In this document: positions 53,257 through 64,000 of the stretch, one piece after another | Layout: every line of letters begins with the position of its first letter | Position numbering within the stretch: the stretch's first letter is position 1 | NCBI GenBank assembly: GCA_963792585.1 | Contig: CAWBWI010000003.1 | Coordinates: 32,001-96,000, forward strand | DNA from: Candidatus Eiseniibacteriota bacterium | Lineage (GTDB): Bacteria; Eisenbacteria; RBG-16-71-46; CAIMUX01; VGJL01 | DNA length: 64,000 nucleotides | Direction: 5' to 3' | The notes under the pieces: model-generated | The model's input: the letters and a program-made list of their open reading frames with translations, nothing else | Told to the model about the DNA's origin: nothing | Databases searched by the model: none | Position numbers and translations under genes: made by a program

Positions 53257-54462
53257 TCAGTCCAGCACGGACCCCAGGATCGCGCGCGCCTGCTCGAACG
53301 TCGGCAGGCGCGGCGAGTTGTTGATCGCGGCGTCGTCGAGCGCGTCGGTGGCCACGACGTCGAGGGCGGCTTCATCGAACCCGAGGCTCCGGAGCCGCGG
53401 TCGCAGCCCGAGCTCGCCGAGGAACGTCCGCAACGCGCCGATCGCCGCCACGGCCCCGGTGGCGTCCGATTCGTTCGGCGCCGCGGCCCCCAACGCCAGG
53501 CCGATCAGCTTCATCTCCCGATCGCGAAGCCCAGGCTCGTCCGCGTAGAACGCGAGCACCTCCGGCAGCACGATCGCGAGCGCCAGGCCGTGCGGAAGCC
53601 GCCCACGCGTCCCGATCGCGTGCCCCAGCGCGTGCACCAGCCCGACCCCGGTCCCGCTCTGCCTGGCCGAGACCGGCGAGGTGCGAGGCCATGAGCATCT
53701 GCGAGCGCGCCTCCAGGTCCGACGCCGTCGGCGACCGCCCGCGGGAGCCACTCGCGGACCGTCCGGATCGCCCTGGAACGCCATCGCCTCGGCGAACGGG
53801 TTCGGGTTCGCGCGACAGCTTCGATTCGATCGAGTGGGTCATCGCGTCGACGCCGGTCGCCGCCGTCGCGGCCGGTGGCAGCCCGACGGTCAGGGCCGGA
53901 TCGAGGATCGTCCAGACGGGCAGCACGCGACGGGTGGCCGACATAGTCCTTGCGTCCGGCGACCTCGTCGGTGATGACGCCGAACGTGTGGCATTCGGCC
54001 CCGGTCCCGGCGGTCGTCGGGACGGCGATGATCGGGCCGCCCGGGTTGAGGTCCTCACGGTGATAGCCGAGGGCGAGGACATCGCCACCGTTGACGGCGT
54101 GCAGCGAGATGACCTTGGCCGAATCGATGGACGATCCGCCGCCCACCGGCACGATGACCGTGCCCCGGGATCCCGAATGCCGCGAGGGCGGCGCTCCCGC
54201 GCAGGATGGAGGCCGTGCCGGGGTTCGGCTCGACCTCGGCGTACACGCCGACCGTCGAGCCCGCCCGCCTCCAGGACCGCGCGGACGCGATCGATCACCC
54301 CCGACGCCACCACGCCCGGGATCCGTGACGATGAAGACCTGTCGCCCGCCGGCGCTGCCGACCGCGGCGACCAGCTCGGGGAGCGCCTCGATCGCGCCCG
54401 ACCCCGAACCGGACGCGGTCGCGCAGCTGGAGCTCGATCGTGCGATCCGCCAGCGACGGCAT
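53257..54462 (-). CDS. Iron-containing alcohol dehydrogenase (GbsB-like candidate); frameshifts
   Basis: VGGGSSIDSAK; AVPTTAGTGAE; LVHALGHAIG...PHG. Confidence 0.88.
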
Positions 54463-54464
54463 CG

Positions 54465-54709
54465 TCAGCGGACCTCCAGCACGGTGTCCGATCGACGTGT
54501 CGCGCCGGACCGTCAGCCAGCGCCGGCAGCCGAAGGCGTGGAACCAGCGCTCGGTCGTCGCGCCGTCCGGGTTCTCGAAGATCCAGACCTCGTCGAAGTC
54601 GCGCTCGTCGGGATCGGTGATCCAGTCGGGCACCGCGCGACGCTCGCCCCCGAAGGTGAACTCCTCGAGCGGACGGCGACCGCAGCGCGGGCAGATCGAG
54701 CGTGTGCAT
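54465..54709 (-). CDS. soxD: Sarcosine oxidase delta subunit; indels
   Basis: CPRCGRRPLEEFTFGGE; ENPDG..ERWFHAFGCRRWLTVRRDT. Confidence 0.85.
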
Positions 54710-55934
54710 CAGCGCGTCCCCGCCGAGCCGGCATCGGCCAGGACGTGGTCGCGCCGGAAGCGATCCAGCGAGAACGGGGCGATCAGGGCGGGCGGCCGGC
54801 CCGTGGCGATCAGCTCGGCCATCCCCTCGCCGCCGGCCGGGATGGCCTTGAAGCCCCAGGTCCCCCAGCCGGTCGTGACGAAGAAGCCATCGACGCCGGT
54901 CGCGCTCATGATCGGCGAGTAGTCGACCGAGATGTCGCAGATGCCGGCCCACGTGCGGAGGATCCGCATGTCGCGCAGGAACGGCAGCAGCCGGGTGATC
55001 TTGTAGCTGTACGAGCGCAGCGCGCTGTACGACGACTGGCGCGAGTACGACGGCTGGCTGTCGAACTCGGCGCCGATGAGCATCTGGCCGCGATCGGTCT
55101 GCGAGACGTAGCAGGCGAGCTCGGTCGAGGCCAGGATGAGCGGGAAGCCCGGCGCGTAGTCGTTGGTCACGAAGGCGTGCAGCGGATGGGTCCGGATCGG
55201 CAGGCGCAGCGCCGGCCATCGCGGCGACCTGGGTGATCCGGCCGCCGACCGCCGAGAGCACGACCCCGGCATCGATCGGCCCGGCCGTCGTGTCCACGCC
55301 GATGACCCGCCCACCGTCGCCGTCGCGGCGGATGGCCGTCACGCGGCGTGTGCTGGAAGATGTCGACGCCGCGCTGCGACGCGACGCTCGCGAACGCCCA
55401 GGCGACCCGGTCGTGCCGGGCGGTGGCGCCCTCGACGTGGTGCGAGCCGCCGAGGACCGGGTAGCGGCCGCCGCCGGTGAGGTCCAGCTGCGGGACGAGC
55501 TCCTTGAGCTCCTGCGGGCGTGCGCATGTAGGTCTGGGCGCCGCAGGCCTGGTTCATGGCCGCGCGGGCGCGCTCGGTGCGCATCGCCATCTCGGTGTGG
55601 GCCAGCCAGATGATCCCCTTGGTCTGGTGGAGGATCGCCGCGCCGGTCTCCTCCTCGAGCGCCTGGTAGCGCTCCAGGGAGTGCTGGTAGAAGCGGATCG
55701 ACTCGGGGATGCCGTAGTTGGCCCGGATGATCGTCGTGTTCCGGCCGGTGTTGCCGCTGGCGATGTAGTCGGCCTCGATGACGGCGACGTTCGTGATGCC
55801 GTGGCGGGTCGCGAGGTGGTAGGCCGTCGAGAGGCCGTGGCCGCCGCCGCCGATGATGACGACGTCGTAGCTCGCGCCTCGGCGGCCCGTCCGGCCAGCG
55901 GATCGGCGAGCAGGGTCCGGGTGTAGTCGCTCAT
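54709..55934 (-). CDS. soxB: Sarcosine oxidase beta subunit; frameshifts
   Basis: YDVVIIGGGGHGLSTAYHLA; GNTGRNTTIIRANY; GWGTWGFKAIP. Confidence 0.92.
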
Positions 55935-56318
55935 CGCAGCCGGTCCATGCGAGCTCGTCGGCGTAGGCGGCGTGGACGACGATCGTGGCGCCGCCGTCGT
56001 CGGTCAGCCAGCAGCTTCGCCGGGACGCCGGCGATCGACCCCTGGGCGAGGGCCGGTCGCTCGATCGGGAGCGCCCATTCGATGTGCGCCGGACGCACGT
56101 CGCAGGTCGACCGGACCCGCCGACGAACCCGGTCTCGTCGTCGACGATCGCGTGCTGCGTCGTCGACCTCGACGCGCGGTGGCGCCGATGCGCGAACGCC
56201 TCGTCCGGCGCGAACCGCAGGACGGTGACGTCGCGTCGCCGGCGCCAGCGCGCGCCGTCGAGCGCCGCCGGGTCGGCCACGACGCGCGTGCGCCGCGCGA
56301 GCGATCAAGCGCGGGCAC
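55931..56318 (-). CDS. Sarcosine oxidase gamma-like subunit; frameshifts
   Basis: VLRFAPDEAF; LAQGSIAGVPAKL; lies between the alpha and beta genes. Confidence 0.6.
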
Positions 56319-58514
56319 GGTGGCCCTCCGGGTCGTAGAACGGCGTCGGCGGTGACGACCGCCTCGCGGCCGTCGATGACGACACGGTCCGGATGCGGCG
56401 GCCGCCGCTGCCAGCCGAGCATCAGCGCCTTGCCCAGCAGCGGGGAGTGCCAGCTCCCCGTCACGTTGCCGATGACCTCGCCACCGTCGCATCGAAGATC
56501 GGCGACCCCTCGACGGGCGCCGGGCCGTCCATCGAGAATCCGACCCAGCGCCGGTCGTCGGGGAGCTTCGCGGTCCGCTCCAGCGCCGCCCGGCCGATGA
56601 AGCGCGGCTTCTCCATCCGGACCGCCCAGTCCATGCCGAGCCGGCGCGGCGTCGTGTCGAGCTCGGTGTCCATGCCGACGATGACGTGGCCCTTCTCGAG
56701 GCGCAGCCCGAACAGCGCCTGCAGGCCGTGCGGCCGGATGCCCAGGTCACGGCCGGCCTCCATGAGCGCACGCCACAGCTCGACCGATCGATCGACCGGG
56801 TGGTGGAGCTCGAACGCGGCCTCGCCGGTGAACGACAGGCGCATGACGTGGCAGTCGACGCCGGCGATCACGGCGCGGACGTGGCCCAGGAAGCGCGGTG
56901 GCTCCGGGAGGCCGAGGCGGCCGCAGCAGCTCCCCGGCGAGCGGCCCCGTGACGTTGATCGCGGCGAGCGACATGGTCCGATCCATGACGTGGACGCGGA
57001 GGCCCCACGTCTCGATCCAGTCGCGCAGCCACATCTCGGCGTTGGCCGCGCCGCCGGACGTGAATGACAGCGTGAACCGCGTCTCGCCGTCGCGCAGGAT
57101 CATCCCGTCGTCCATGACGTGGCCGCGCTCGTTGAGCAGCAGCGCGTAGCGCGAGCGGCCGACCTTGATGTCCGCGACGTGGCACGGGTAGAGCCGCTCC
57201 AGCGCCTCGACGACGTCCGGCCCGCTGACGACGAGCTTGCCGAGCGTGCTCACGTCGCCGATCGAGACGCCCTCGCGGACCGCCCAGTACTCGGCGACGG
57301 CGTCGCCGTAGTGCCACGGCCGCCACCAGCCGCCGAACCGGTCCATCCGGGCGCCCAGCGCGAGGTGCTCGTCGTGGAGCGGCGTCCGCCGGAAGGCGTC
57401 GACCGTCGTGTCCGCGGCGGCCTCGGCGAGGGTGATCTGGCGCGACGCCGGCCGGGCCGTGAACGGGTCCGGGACCTCGCCGGTCCGGGCGGCGATCCAC
57501 GAGCGGACATGGGGCAGGCAGGCGCCGCCCTGGCAGGTGCCGATGCCGGCGAGGGTGCGCGCGCTTCAGCAGCTCCAGGTTCGTGAACCCCTTCGACCAG
57601 GCTTCGTCGAGGTCGCCGACGGTCACGTCCATGCACCGGCAGACGACCGCGGTCGGGTCGGTGGGCGCGGCCGGGAGCGGGTGGTCGTCGGCCGCGGCGC
57701 CAACGGTCGAGACCGGCAGGGTCGGCCCGGCCATCCGCGCGAGCAGGTCCCGCGGCGCCCGGCCGAGATCGACGATGACGGTCCGCGCCGCGATGGATCC
57801 GCCCGTCGTGACGACCGTCGTGACCCGACCGGCCGCGTCGCCCTCGAACCGGACGAGCTCGCGGCCGACCGTCACGACCGGTTCCGGCAGAGACGACGCC
57901 GGCGGCCCGGAGCTGGTCCGCTGCCCGCGGGGTCAGCAGCCCGTCGAGATCGTTGCCCGGGCAGACCGGCTGGATCTCGGCGGCGCCGGTCGCGACGACG
58001 ATCTCCTCGGTCTCGACGTGGAGCATCCCGGTCGGCGTCCGCGCGACGACCGTCGGGCCGGGGTAGACGGCGACGACCTCGTTCCCCTCGGCGGCGTCGA
58101 GGACGAGCGCGCCTCGCGTGCGTCGGCGGCGGCCCGCCGGCCGCGTCGCCCCCACCGATGACCACGACCTCCGCCTGCCGGCGCTCGACCGGGACCTCGC
58201 CGACGACCGACCCGCGCGGCAGCGGCGGGTTCCCCGCGGCCGGGTGCCGCTCGACCACGCGTCCCCGGACGCGCCGGGACCTGGCACGTCCGGACGTAGG
58301 CGATGCCATCGACGACCGCCAGGCAGTTCCCGCAGTCGCCGGCGAGGCACAGCGTCCCGCCACGCCCGGGCGGCTCGCCTGCCCGCACGATCGCGACCGC
58401 GAGCGCTGTCGCCCTCCTGCGCGTCGATCGGCCGGCCATCGACGACGATCCGGCCGCTGACCGACGCACCCGGTCGCGGCCCCCGAGGCCACGGGCCGCC
58501 GAGCCGTCGGTCAC
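56305..58514 (-). CDS. soxA: Sarcosine oxidase alpha-like subunit (2Fe-2S, BFD-like, GcvT); frameshifts
   Basis: CLAGDCGNCLAVVDG; VVCRCMDVT; IGDVSTLGKLVVSGPD; LRLEKG; PFYDPEG. Confidence 0.85.
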
Positions 58515-60979
58515 TGGCGCATCCGCAGGCCCTGCGGGTCGAACAGCGGCTCGGGCTGGAGCCGCGCCGGCCGCCGTCGGCCGATGATCTCGATCTCGAA
58601 GCCGTTGCCGCCGGGGCCGTCCGGCGTCGCCAGCGCGGCAGGCACGTACCCGAGCGCGATCGATCGCCCCACGTGATGCCCGTACCCGCCGCTGGTGACC
58701 CAGCCGACGACCTGCGTCGTCGTGCCAGATCGGTTCGTCGCCGATGACGTCGGCGGGATCGTCCGGGTCCGGCTCCACGACGAACGTGACGAGCCGGCGC
58801 GTCGGCCCGTCGCCGGCGAGTTCGGCCTCGTAGGCGCCCCGCCCGATGAACTCGTGGTCGAGCTTGACGTAGCGCCCGAGACCCGCCTCGGGCACCGTGT
58901 AGATCGGCCGGTACTCGCGGAACCACGTCCCGTAGCTCTTCTCCAGGCGCAGCGACATCAGCGCCCGCATCCCGAACAGCCGCAGGCCGAGGTCCTGGCC
59001 GGCCGCGACGATCTCGTCGAACAGCGGGCGCTGGTACTGCGGCGCGACCCACAGCTCGTAGCCCAGGTCGCCGCTGTAGTTGATCCGGGCGACGTGCGCC
59101 GGGACCATCCCGAGATCGACCTGCCGGAACGTCATGAACGGGAACGCCTCGGACGACAGGTCGAGGTCGGAGATGCGCGACAGGAGCTCCCGCGACAGGG
59201 GGCCCGTGACCGACAGGCCGGTCAGGCCCAGCCCCAGGACCTCGAACCGGACGCTTCCGTCGGGCGGCAGGTGGTGGCGGAACCAGCGCGAGTGGTGGAC
59301 CTCCGCGGGGAGCGACCCGAAGAGGTGGAACTCGTCGGTCTCGCTCGCGCGCGCGATCGTGAACTCGCCGACGATCCGGCCCGCGTCGTTGAGCATGGCG
59401 GTCAAGGCGATCCGCCCAGGACGCCGGCATCCGTTGGGTCAGCATCGACGACAGCCAGGCCTCGGCGCCCGGACCGGTGACCCGGTACTTCGCGTAGTTG
59501 GAGATCTCGGTCATGCCGACCTGCTCGCGGACGGCGGCGACCTCGGCGGCGACCTGCTTCCAGGCATTCGAACGGCGGAAGGTGACGTCCTCGACCGGGG
59601 CCAGCCCGTCCTCCTGGAACCACAGGGCGTGCTCCAGGCCGTAGGTCGCCCCCCAGACCGCATTCGCCGCCGTCAGCCGGTCGTAGATGGGCGTCGTGAG
59701 GAGCGGTCGGCCGTCGGGCAGCTCCTCGTTCGGGAAGGTGATCCGGAACCGGCGTCGATAGTTCTCCTGGACCTTCGCGTTGGTGTAGGCGAGCGTCGCG
59801 TAGTCGCCGTAGCGCGCGACGTCCATGCCCCAGATATCCATCCCGGAGTCGCCGTGGTCGCCGGCGGTCATCCAGGTCGCGAGCGCGAGGCCCACGCCGC
59901 CGCCCTGCGACAGGCCGGCCATCACGCCGCAGGCGACCCAGAACCCGCGCAGGCCGCGGACCGGACCGACGAGCGGGTTGCCGTCAGGCGAGAACGTGAA
60001 CGGGCCGTTGACGACGCGCCGGATCCCCGTCGTGCCCATCGCCGGGTAGTGCTTGAAGGCCACCGAGAGTTCGGGCGTCAGGCGGTCCAGGTCCTGCTTG
60101 AGCAACTGCGATCCGAAGTCCCACGGGCGTCTCCTTCGGCGACCACGGCACGCACGCCTGCTCGTACGTGCCCAGGAGCATCGCCCCGCCCTCCTGGCGG
60201 ATGTAGATCTCGCCGGCGAAGTCGAGCGCCATCGGCATCTCGTGGCCGGTCTTCGCGACGTGCGCGGCGACCTCCGGCATGTCCTCGGTGATCAGGTAGT
60301 GGTGCTCCATGGCGAGGACCGGCAGCTCGAGGCCGACCATCCGCCCGACCTCGCGCGCCCACAGCCCGCCGCAGTTCACGACGTGCTCGGCGTGGATGGT
60401 GTCGCCGCTCTCGACGCGGACGTCCCAGGTGCCGTCCGGACGCTGCGACAGCCCGACGACCGGGGTGTGCTGGTAGACCTCCGCGCCGGCAAGCTGGGCG
60501 CACTTCACGTACGCGCGCGTGACTCCGCTTGGGTCCACGTGCCCCTCGATCGGGTCGTAGAGCGCGCCGACGAAGTACTGCGGATCCAGCAGCGGGAAGA
60601 GGTCCGCGGCCTCGGCCGGCGAGATGAGCTCGAGTTCCATCCCGAGGTACCGTCCGCGCGCCTGGGCCATCCGCAGGAAGTCCATCCGGACCTCCGTGTC
60701 GGCGAGCATCAGGCCGCCGGGCAGATGGATGGAGCAGTCCTGGCCGGAGACGCGCTGGATCTCGTCGTACAGCTGGATCGTGTACTGCTGCAGCCGAGCG
60801 ACGTTCGGGTCGCCGTTGAGCGTGTGCATCCCGCCGGCCGCATGCCAGGTGGACCCCGCCGTCAGTTCGCGCCGCTCCAGCAGGACCACGTCAGTCCAGC
60901 CGGCCTTCGTCAGGTGGTACAGGACGCTGGCGCCGACGACGCCCCCACCGATGACGACGACCTGGGCAGACGACTTCAC
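58511..60979 (-). CDS. Dimethylglycine dehydrogenase (FAD oxidoreductase-GcvT fusion); frameshifts
   Basis: VVIGGGVVGASVLYHL; GSTWHAAG; NGPFTFSPDGNP; SLRLEKSY; EPLFDPQG. Confidence 0.92.
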
Positions 60980-61305
60980 AGGACCCTCCACGGACCACTC
61001 GAATGCATCGGTAGCCTACGCGACGGGCGGGTCGACGCGCCGAGGCGATCACGCGAACCCTGCTGGGCAAGCTTCCGTCCCAGTCACCCCACGAATCCCG
61101 TGGAAGCGCGGCGGGTCGCTTGCGGCCCGATTACTCGTCCGCGGTAGTCATCAGCCGACTGAACGGAACTCCGGGGGTCCATCAGCCTCCACAAGATTCG
61201 CCACCGCACTGGAACGGAACTTGGGGGTGGCGGCGACCAGCGGGCGGCGACCGGTGCGGGCCGGCCACAGACGCGCGGCCGACCACCGGCGCATGGTGCC
61301 GCCTC

Positions 61306-61347
61306 TTGGCGTCGCGCCTGATATGCGCTAGCGTATGCGCATGCGCA
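61306..61347 (+). promoter_or_regulatory. Leaderless promoter of the vapBC pair with palindromic operator
   Basis: TTGGCG-17 nt-TAGCGT-6 nt-ATG; perfect palindrome TGCGCATGCGCA over the start codon. Confidence 0.6.
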
Positions 61348-61601
61348 GTCTTGACCGTCGCGTCCATCTGCTACTCGACGAGCCGCGACACCTCAAGCTC
61401 GTGATCGAGGCGAAGCGGCGAAACGTCTCGATCGCCGAGGTCATCCGCGACGCGATCGACCGCCTGCCCACCGATGCCGAGGTCCGGCGCGCCGCGATCG
61501 ACCGCATCCTCGCAGCGAAGCCGATGGAGGTCCCGCTCGACCCCAGGGATCTACGCCGCGAGCTCGATCACGAGCACGAGCGGCACGAACGCCGCCCGTG
61601 A
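61341..61601 (+). CDS. vapB: RHH/CopG antitoxin
   Basis: LDRRVHLLLDE...SIAEVIRDAIDR; GTGA overlap with the PIN gene. Confidence 0.85.
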   Translation: MRSLDRRVHLLLDEPRHLKLVIEAKRRNVSIAEVIRDAIDRLPTDAEVRRAAIDRILAAKPMEVPLDPRDLRRELDHEHERHERRP

Positions 61602-62137
61602 TCCTTCTCGACACGTCCGTCCTGGTCTACGCGGTCGGCATCGAGCACCCCCTCCGCGATCCGTGCCGTCGAGTCCTCTCGGCGCAGCGCGACGGCGCGA
61701 TCGACGCGGCCGTCACGGTGGAGATCCTCCAGGAGTTCACCCACGCTCGGGCTCGGCGCCACCCGCGGGCCGATGCGGTGGCGGTCGCCCGGGACTATGC
61801 CGCGTCGCTGCGTGTGCTCCAGGCGACGGCCGCCGACCTCGATCGAGGCCTGGACATCTTCGTGGCGCATCCCGATCTCGGCATGTTCGACTCGGTCGTC
61901 GCGGCAGTCGCCCTCGACCACGGTGCCACGGCCCTGATCTCCGCCGACGGCGGTTTCGGCTCGGTCACCGGGCTGCGCTGGATCGAATCCGCAACACCCG
62001 ATCTCCACACGATCCTCACTCCAGCAGGGGCCGAGTCGATTGGTCTCGCGTGGACATCCAACATCCTCGCCGCGACGACGAGTAGCCGGAGGGCAAACCC
62101 GTGGGCATGTTCGCCGCGGCCTGACCCCGCGGCCTAG
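61598..62137 (+). CDS. vapC: PIN-domain toxin; true 3' end probably earlier
   Basis: ILLDTSVLVY; EILQEF; FDSVVAA; LISADGGF. Confidence 0.88.
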   Translation: MILLDTSVLVYAVGIEHPLRDPCRRVLSAQRDGAIDAAVTVEILQEFTHARARRHPRADAVAVARDYAASLRVLQATAADLDRGLDIFVAHPDLGMFDSVVAAVALDHGATALISADGGFGSVTGLRWIESATPDLHTILTPAGAESIGLAWTSNILAATTSSRRANPWACSPRPDPAA

Positions 62138-62354
62138 AGTAGTCCGTGGGGACGCCGCCCTCGGCGACCCGGCGGGCGACGAACGCGTCGAGCTCCTCGC
62201 GGATGCCTTCGTCCATCGGCGGCGGCTCGTAGGCGCCAGAGAGCTCCTTCCAGTCCGGTTCGCCTTCGGCCGGCACCTCCGGCGATCCGGCCTCCTGCCA
62301 GGTCTCATAGTTCCGCCAGTCGGACAGCATCGGCTTGTGGAAGGCCGTCGCGGT
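62134..62354 (-). pseudogene. C-terminal fragment of trimethylamine/glycine-betaine methyltransferase (MttB/MtgB family)
   Basis: AFHKPMLSDWRNYETWQEAGSP...YEPPPMDEGIREELDAFVARR. Confidence 0.8.
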
Positions 62355-62552
62355 TTAGAAGGAGATGTCGGCCGTCCCGGAAGCGACCTCCTTCCCGTCC
62401 GTAGGGTGCACGCCGAGGTCGGCCTCGGGGGCATCAAAAATCAGCCATCCCTCTCCGACGTCGGTCCCCCGGAAACCGAGCTTGTCCCTGAAGAATGCGC
62501 GCAATTCTGCGGCGCTGGAAGAATAGAACATGGCATGAAGGCCGCGGATCAT
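62355..62552 (-). pseudogene. VOC/glyoxalase family protein, C-terminally truncated
   Basis: GLHAMFYSSSAAELRAFFRDKLGF...GEGWLIF...LGVHP; stops at ISF, about half the domain length. Confidence 0.75.
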
Positions 62553-62651
62553 GACTCGCCTCCTGAGGTCTGGATTCGGTTACGCAGAACACTGGGCTCG
62601 ATGCCGGGCCGAACGCGGCCACGCTCCGGCTCATTCCATTCGGCGCTGGGC

Positions 62652-62936
62652 TCAGTACCGCTTGGTCTCCACCGCCTCGACGATCCGGGCCTGCGGATTC
62701 ATCATGATCTCTCCCTCGACGCGACCCCACACGACACGCAGCGCGGCGAGCAGGGCCTCCGCCTCTTCCGCAGTGTCGAACTCGAGATCGATCATGACGT
62801 AGTTCTCGTCGTTCGGCGGTCGCAAGACCCGGTAGCAGCGTACGCCCGACTTCTGTCGGCCCACGGGATCACTGTCGAAAGCTCTCTTCCAACCGTCGAA
62901 ATCGCGTACGGGGTGCTCGATCCTCAGCATGTACAT
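62652..62936 (-). CDS. Small ferredoxin-like/ABM-type hypothetical protein
   Basis: LRIEHPVRDFDGWKRAFDSDP...YVMIDLEFD; GGAGG RBS. Confidence 0.75.
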   Translation of the reverse strand: MYMLRIEHPVRDFDGWKRAFDSDPVGRQKSGVRCYRVLRPPNDENYVMIDLEFDTAEEAEALLAALRVVWGRVEGEIMMNPQARIVEAVETKRY

Positions 62937-63097
62937 GGCGTTCCCTCCACTTCGAAATGGGCTGCTTGCGGCCATCGTATGCTGCGGTCGGCGTTCGCGA
63001 CCCTATCTTGTTCAACCTAAGTCCGAGGACTCCATGCGCGACGACTTGCTGCCCCGTCCGACCCGCCGCGCCGCTCAGCCCTCTTATCCAGGTCCAG

Positions 63098-64000
63098 CTA
63101 AGCCCGAGGGACCTTCTGGTCGTATTCCCCCGTCACCCCAACTTCGCGAAGCCGCGCGGTGATCGCATCCACAATCGCCACCATCTGCTTCTGCGACGTG
63201 GGCGACTCGGCCACGATCACGAGGGACGGCTTGTTGGATGACGCGCGGATCAGCCCCCAACTCGCGTCCTCGAAGACGAAGCGGACGCCGTTGACCGTCA
63301 CCAGATCGCGGATCTTCGCCCCGCCGATCGTGACCCCCGCGATCCGGTCCTTCTCATAGAGCGCCGTCAGCGTATCCACAACCGCGTACTTCTTGTCGTC
63401 AGGGCACTCGATCCCAAGCGTCGGCGACTGATAGGTCGTCGGGAGATCGTCGATCATCTTGGACAACGGCTTGTCCGCCGCGTCGAGCAATCGCAGGACC
63501 TGGGCCGCCGCGAGGGTCGCATCGTCGTATCCGCGGCCGTACGGCTCCTTGAAAAACCAGTGGCCGCTCTTCTCGAAGCCGGCGATCGCGTTGACTTCGT
63601 TCACCTTCGACTTGATATAGGAGTGGCCGGTCTTCCACATGATGACCTTGGCGCCGGCCGCCTCGAGGACCGGATCGATACCGAATAGACCCGTGCTCTT
63701 GACGTCGATCACGAAGGCCCGATTCGGGTGCGTGGCGGAGATCCACCGCGCCACGAGCAATCCCAGCTTGTCGGCGAAGACCGGCCGGCCCTGATCGTCG
63801 ACCACACCCACACGATCGCCATCGCCGTCGATCCCGATCCCAAGCTGCGCGCCCGATTCCTTCGTCACCCGGCTGATATCGTCCAGGAAGCTCATGTCCT
63901 CGGGATTCGGGTTGTGGCGCGGGAAGGTCCAGTCGGGGGAGCAGTCCAGCTCGTGGACCTCGCAACCGAGGTCGCGAAGGACCGTGGGGGTGAAGCGACC
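63098..64000 (-). CDS. Phosphomannomutase/phosphoglucomutase (5' part outside the window; indel near 63900)
   Basis: DGDGDR metal loop; KTGHS; GFEKSGH; LIRASSN. Confidence 0.93.
   Translation of the reverse strand, partial: GRFTPTVLRDLGCEVHELDCSPDWTFPRHNPNPEDMSFLDDISRVTKESGAQLGIGIDGDGDRVGVVDDQGRPVFADKLGLLVARWISATHPNRAFVIDVKSTGLFGIDPVLEAAGAKVIMWKTGHSYIKSKVNEVNAIAGFEKSGHWFFKEPYGRGYDDATLAAAQVLRLLDAADKPLSKMIDDLPTTYQSPTLGIECPDDKKYAVVDTLTALYEKDRIAGVTIGGAKIRDLVTVNGVRFVFEDASWGLIRASSNKPSLVIVAESPTSQKQMVAIVDAITARLREVGVTGEYDQKVPRA

Noticed and set aside
57250..60105. 951-aa DMGDH-SoxA fusion ORF
   Set aside because: Artefact of frameshifts stitching pieces of two genes; separate stop/start overlap at 58511-58514
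7755..60979. Programmed frameshifting or mass pseudogenisation
   Set aside because: Indels hit many unrelated housekeeping genes at arbitrary positions without slippery-site patterns; typical long-read consensus error
61040..61230. Glycine, ZTP or fluoride riboswitch, or hammerhead ribozyme, upstream of the GcvT-family gene
   Set aside because: Only isolated words match (GTGACTGG, CTGATGA) without the remaining conserved cores, and the region lies upstream of the likely -10 box
62134..62354. Pyrrolysine-containing MttB
   Set aside because: The Pyl position is not in the surviving fragment, so it cannot be assessed

Overview
GC-rich (roughly 70%) bacterial chromosomal segment. Gene content and style suggest Chloroflexota, possibly Limnocylindria-like; this is inference only. 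Many genes are split by single-base indels, consistent with an unpolished long-read assembly. Most of the window is housekeeping or metabolic: acyl-CoA ligase, ABC-2 exporter, SQR-like flavoprotein, three-gene PntAB transhydrogenase, K+ channel, SulP, AlaX, YbaK, a large LuxR/MalT-type regulator, an orphan DNA methyltransferase, ATP-dependent DNA ligase, an LLM oxidoreductase, a betaine/dimethylglycine/sarcosine catabolic cluster and VapBC. The most notable structure is at 1683-4749. A tRNA-Arg(UCG) is followed by two tandem, integrase-less mini-islands (1.75 and 1.24 kb). Each has a conserved ~45-bp left arm, different cargo genes, a conserved and strongly structured 240-320-bp right arm, and an exact copy of the last 16 nt of the tRNA. 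Also notable: two rare-anticodon tRNAs (Arg-UCG, Ile-UAU), an unannotated hydrophobic micropeptide ending in GRRW beside the LuxR regulator, pervasive leaderless and overlapping bidirectional promoters, a REP-like repeat cluster, and several deletion or chimeric junctions. The last ~1.6 kb may come from different DNA.
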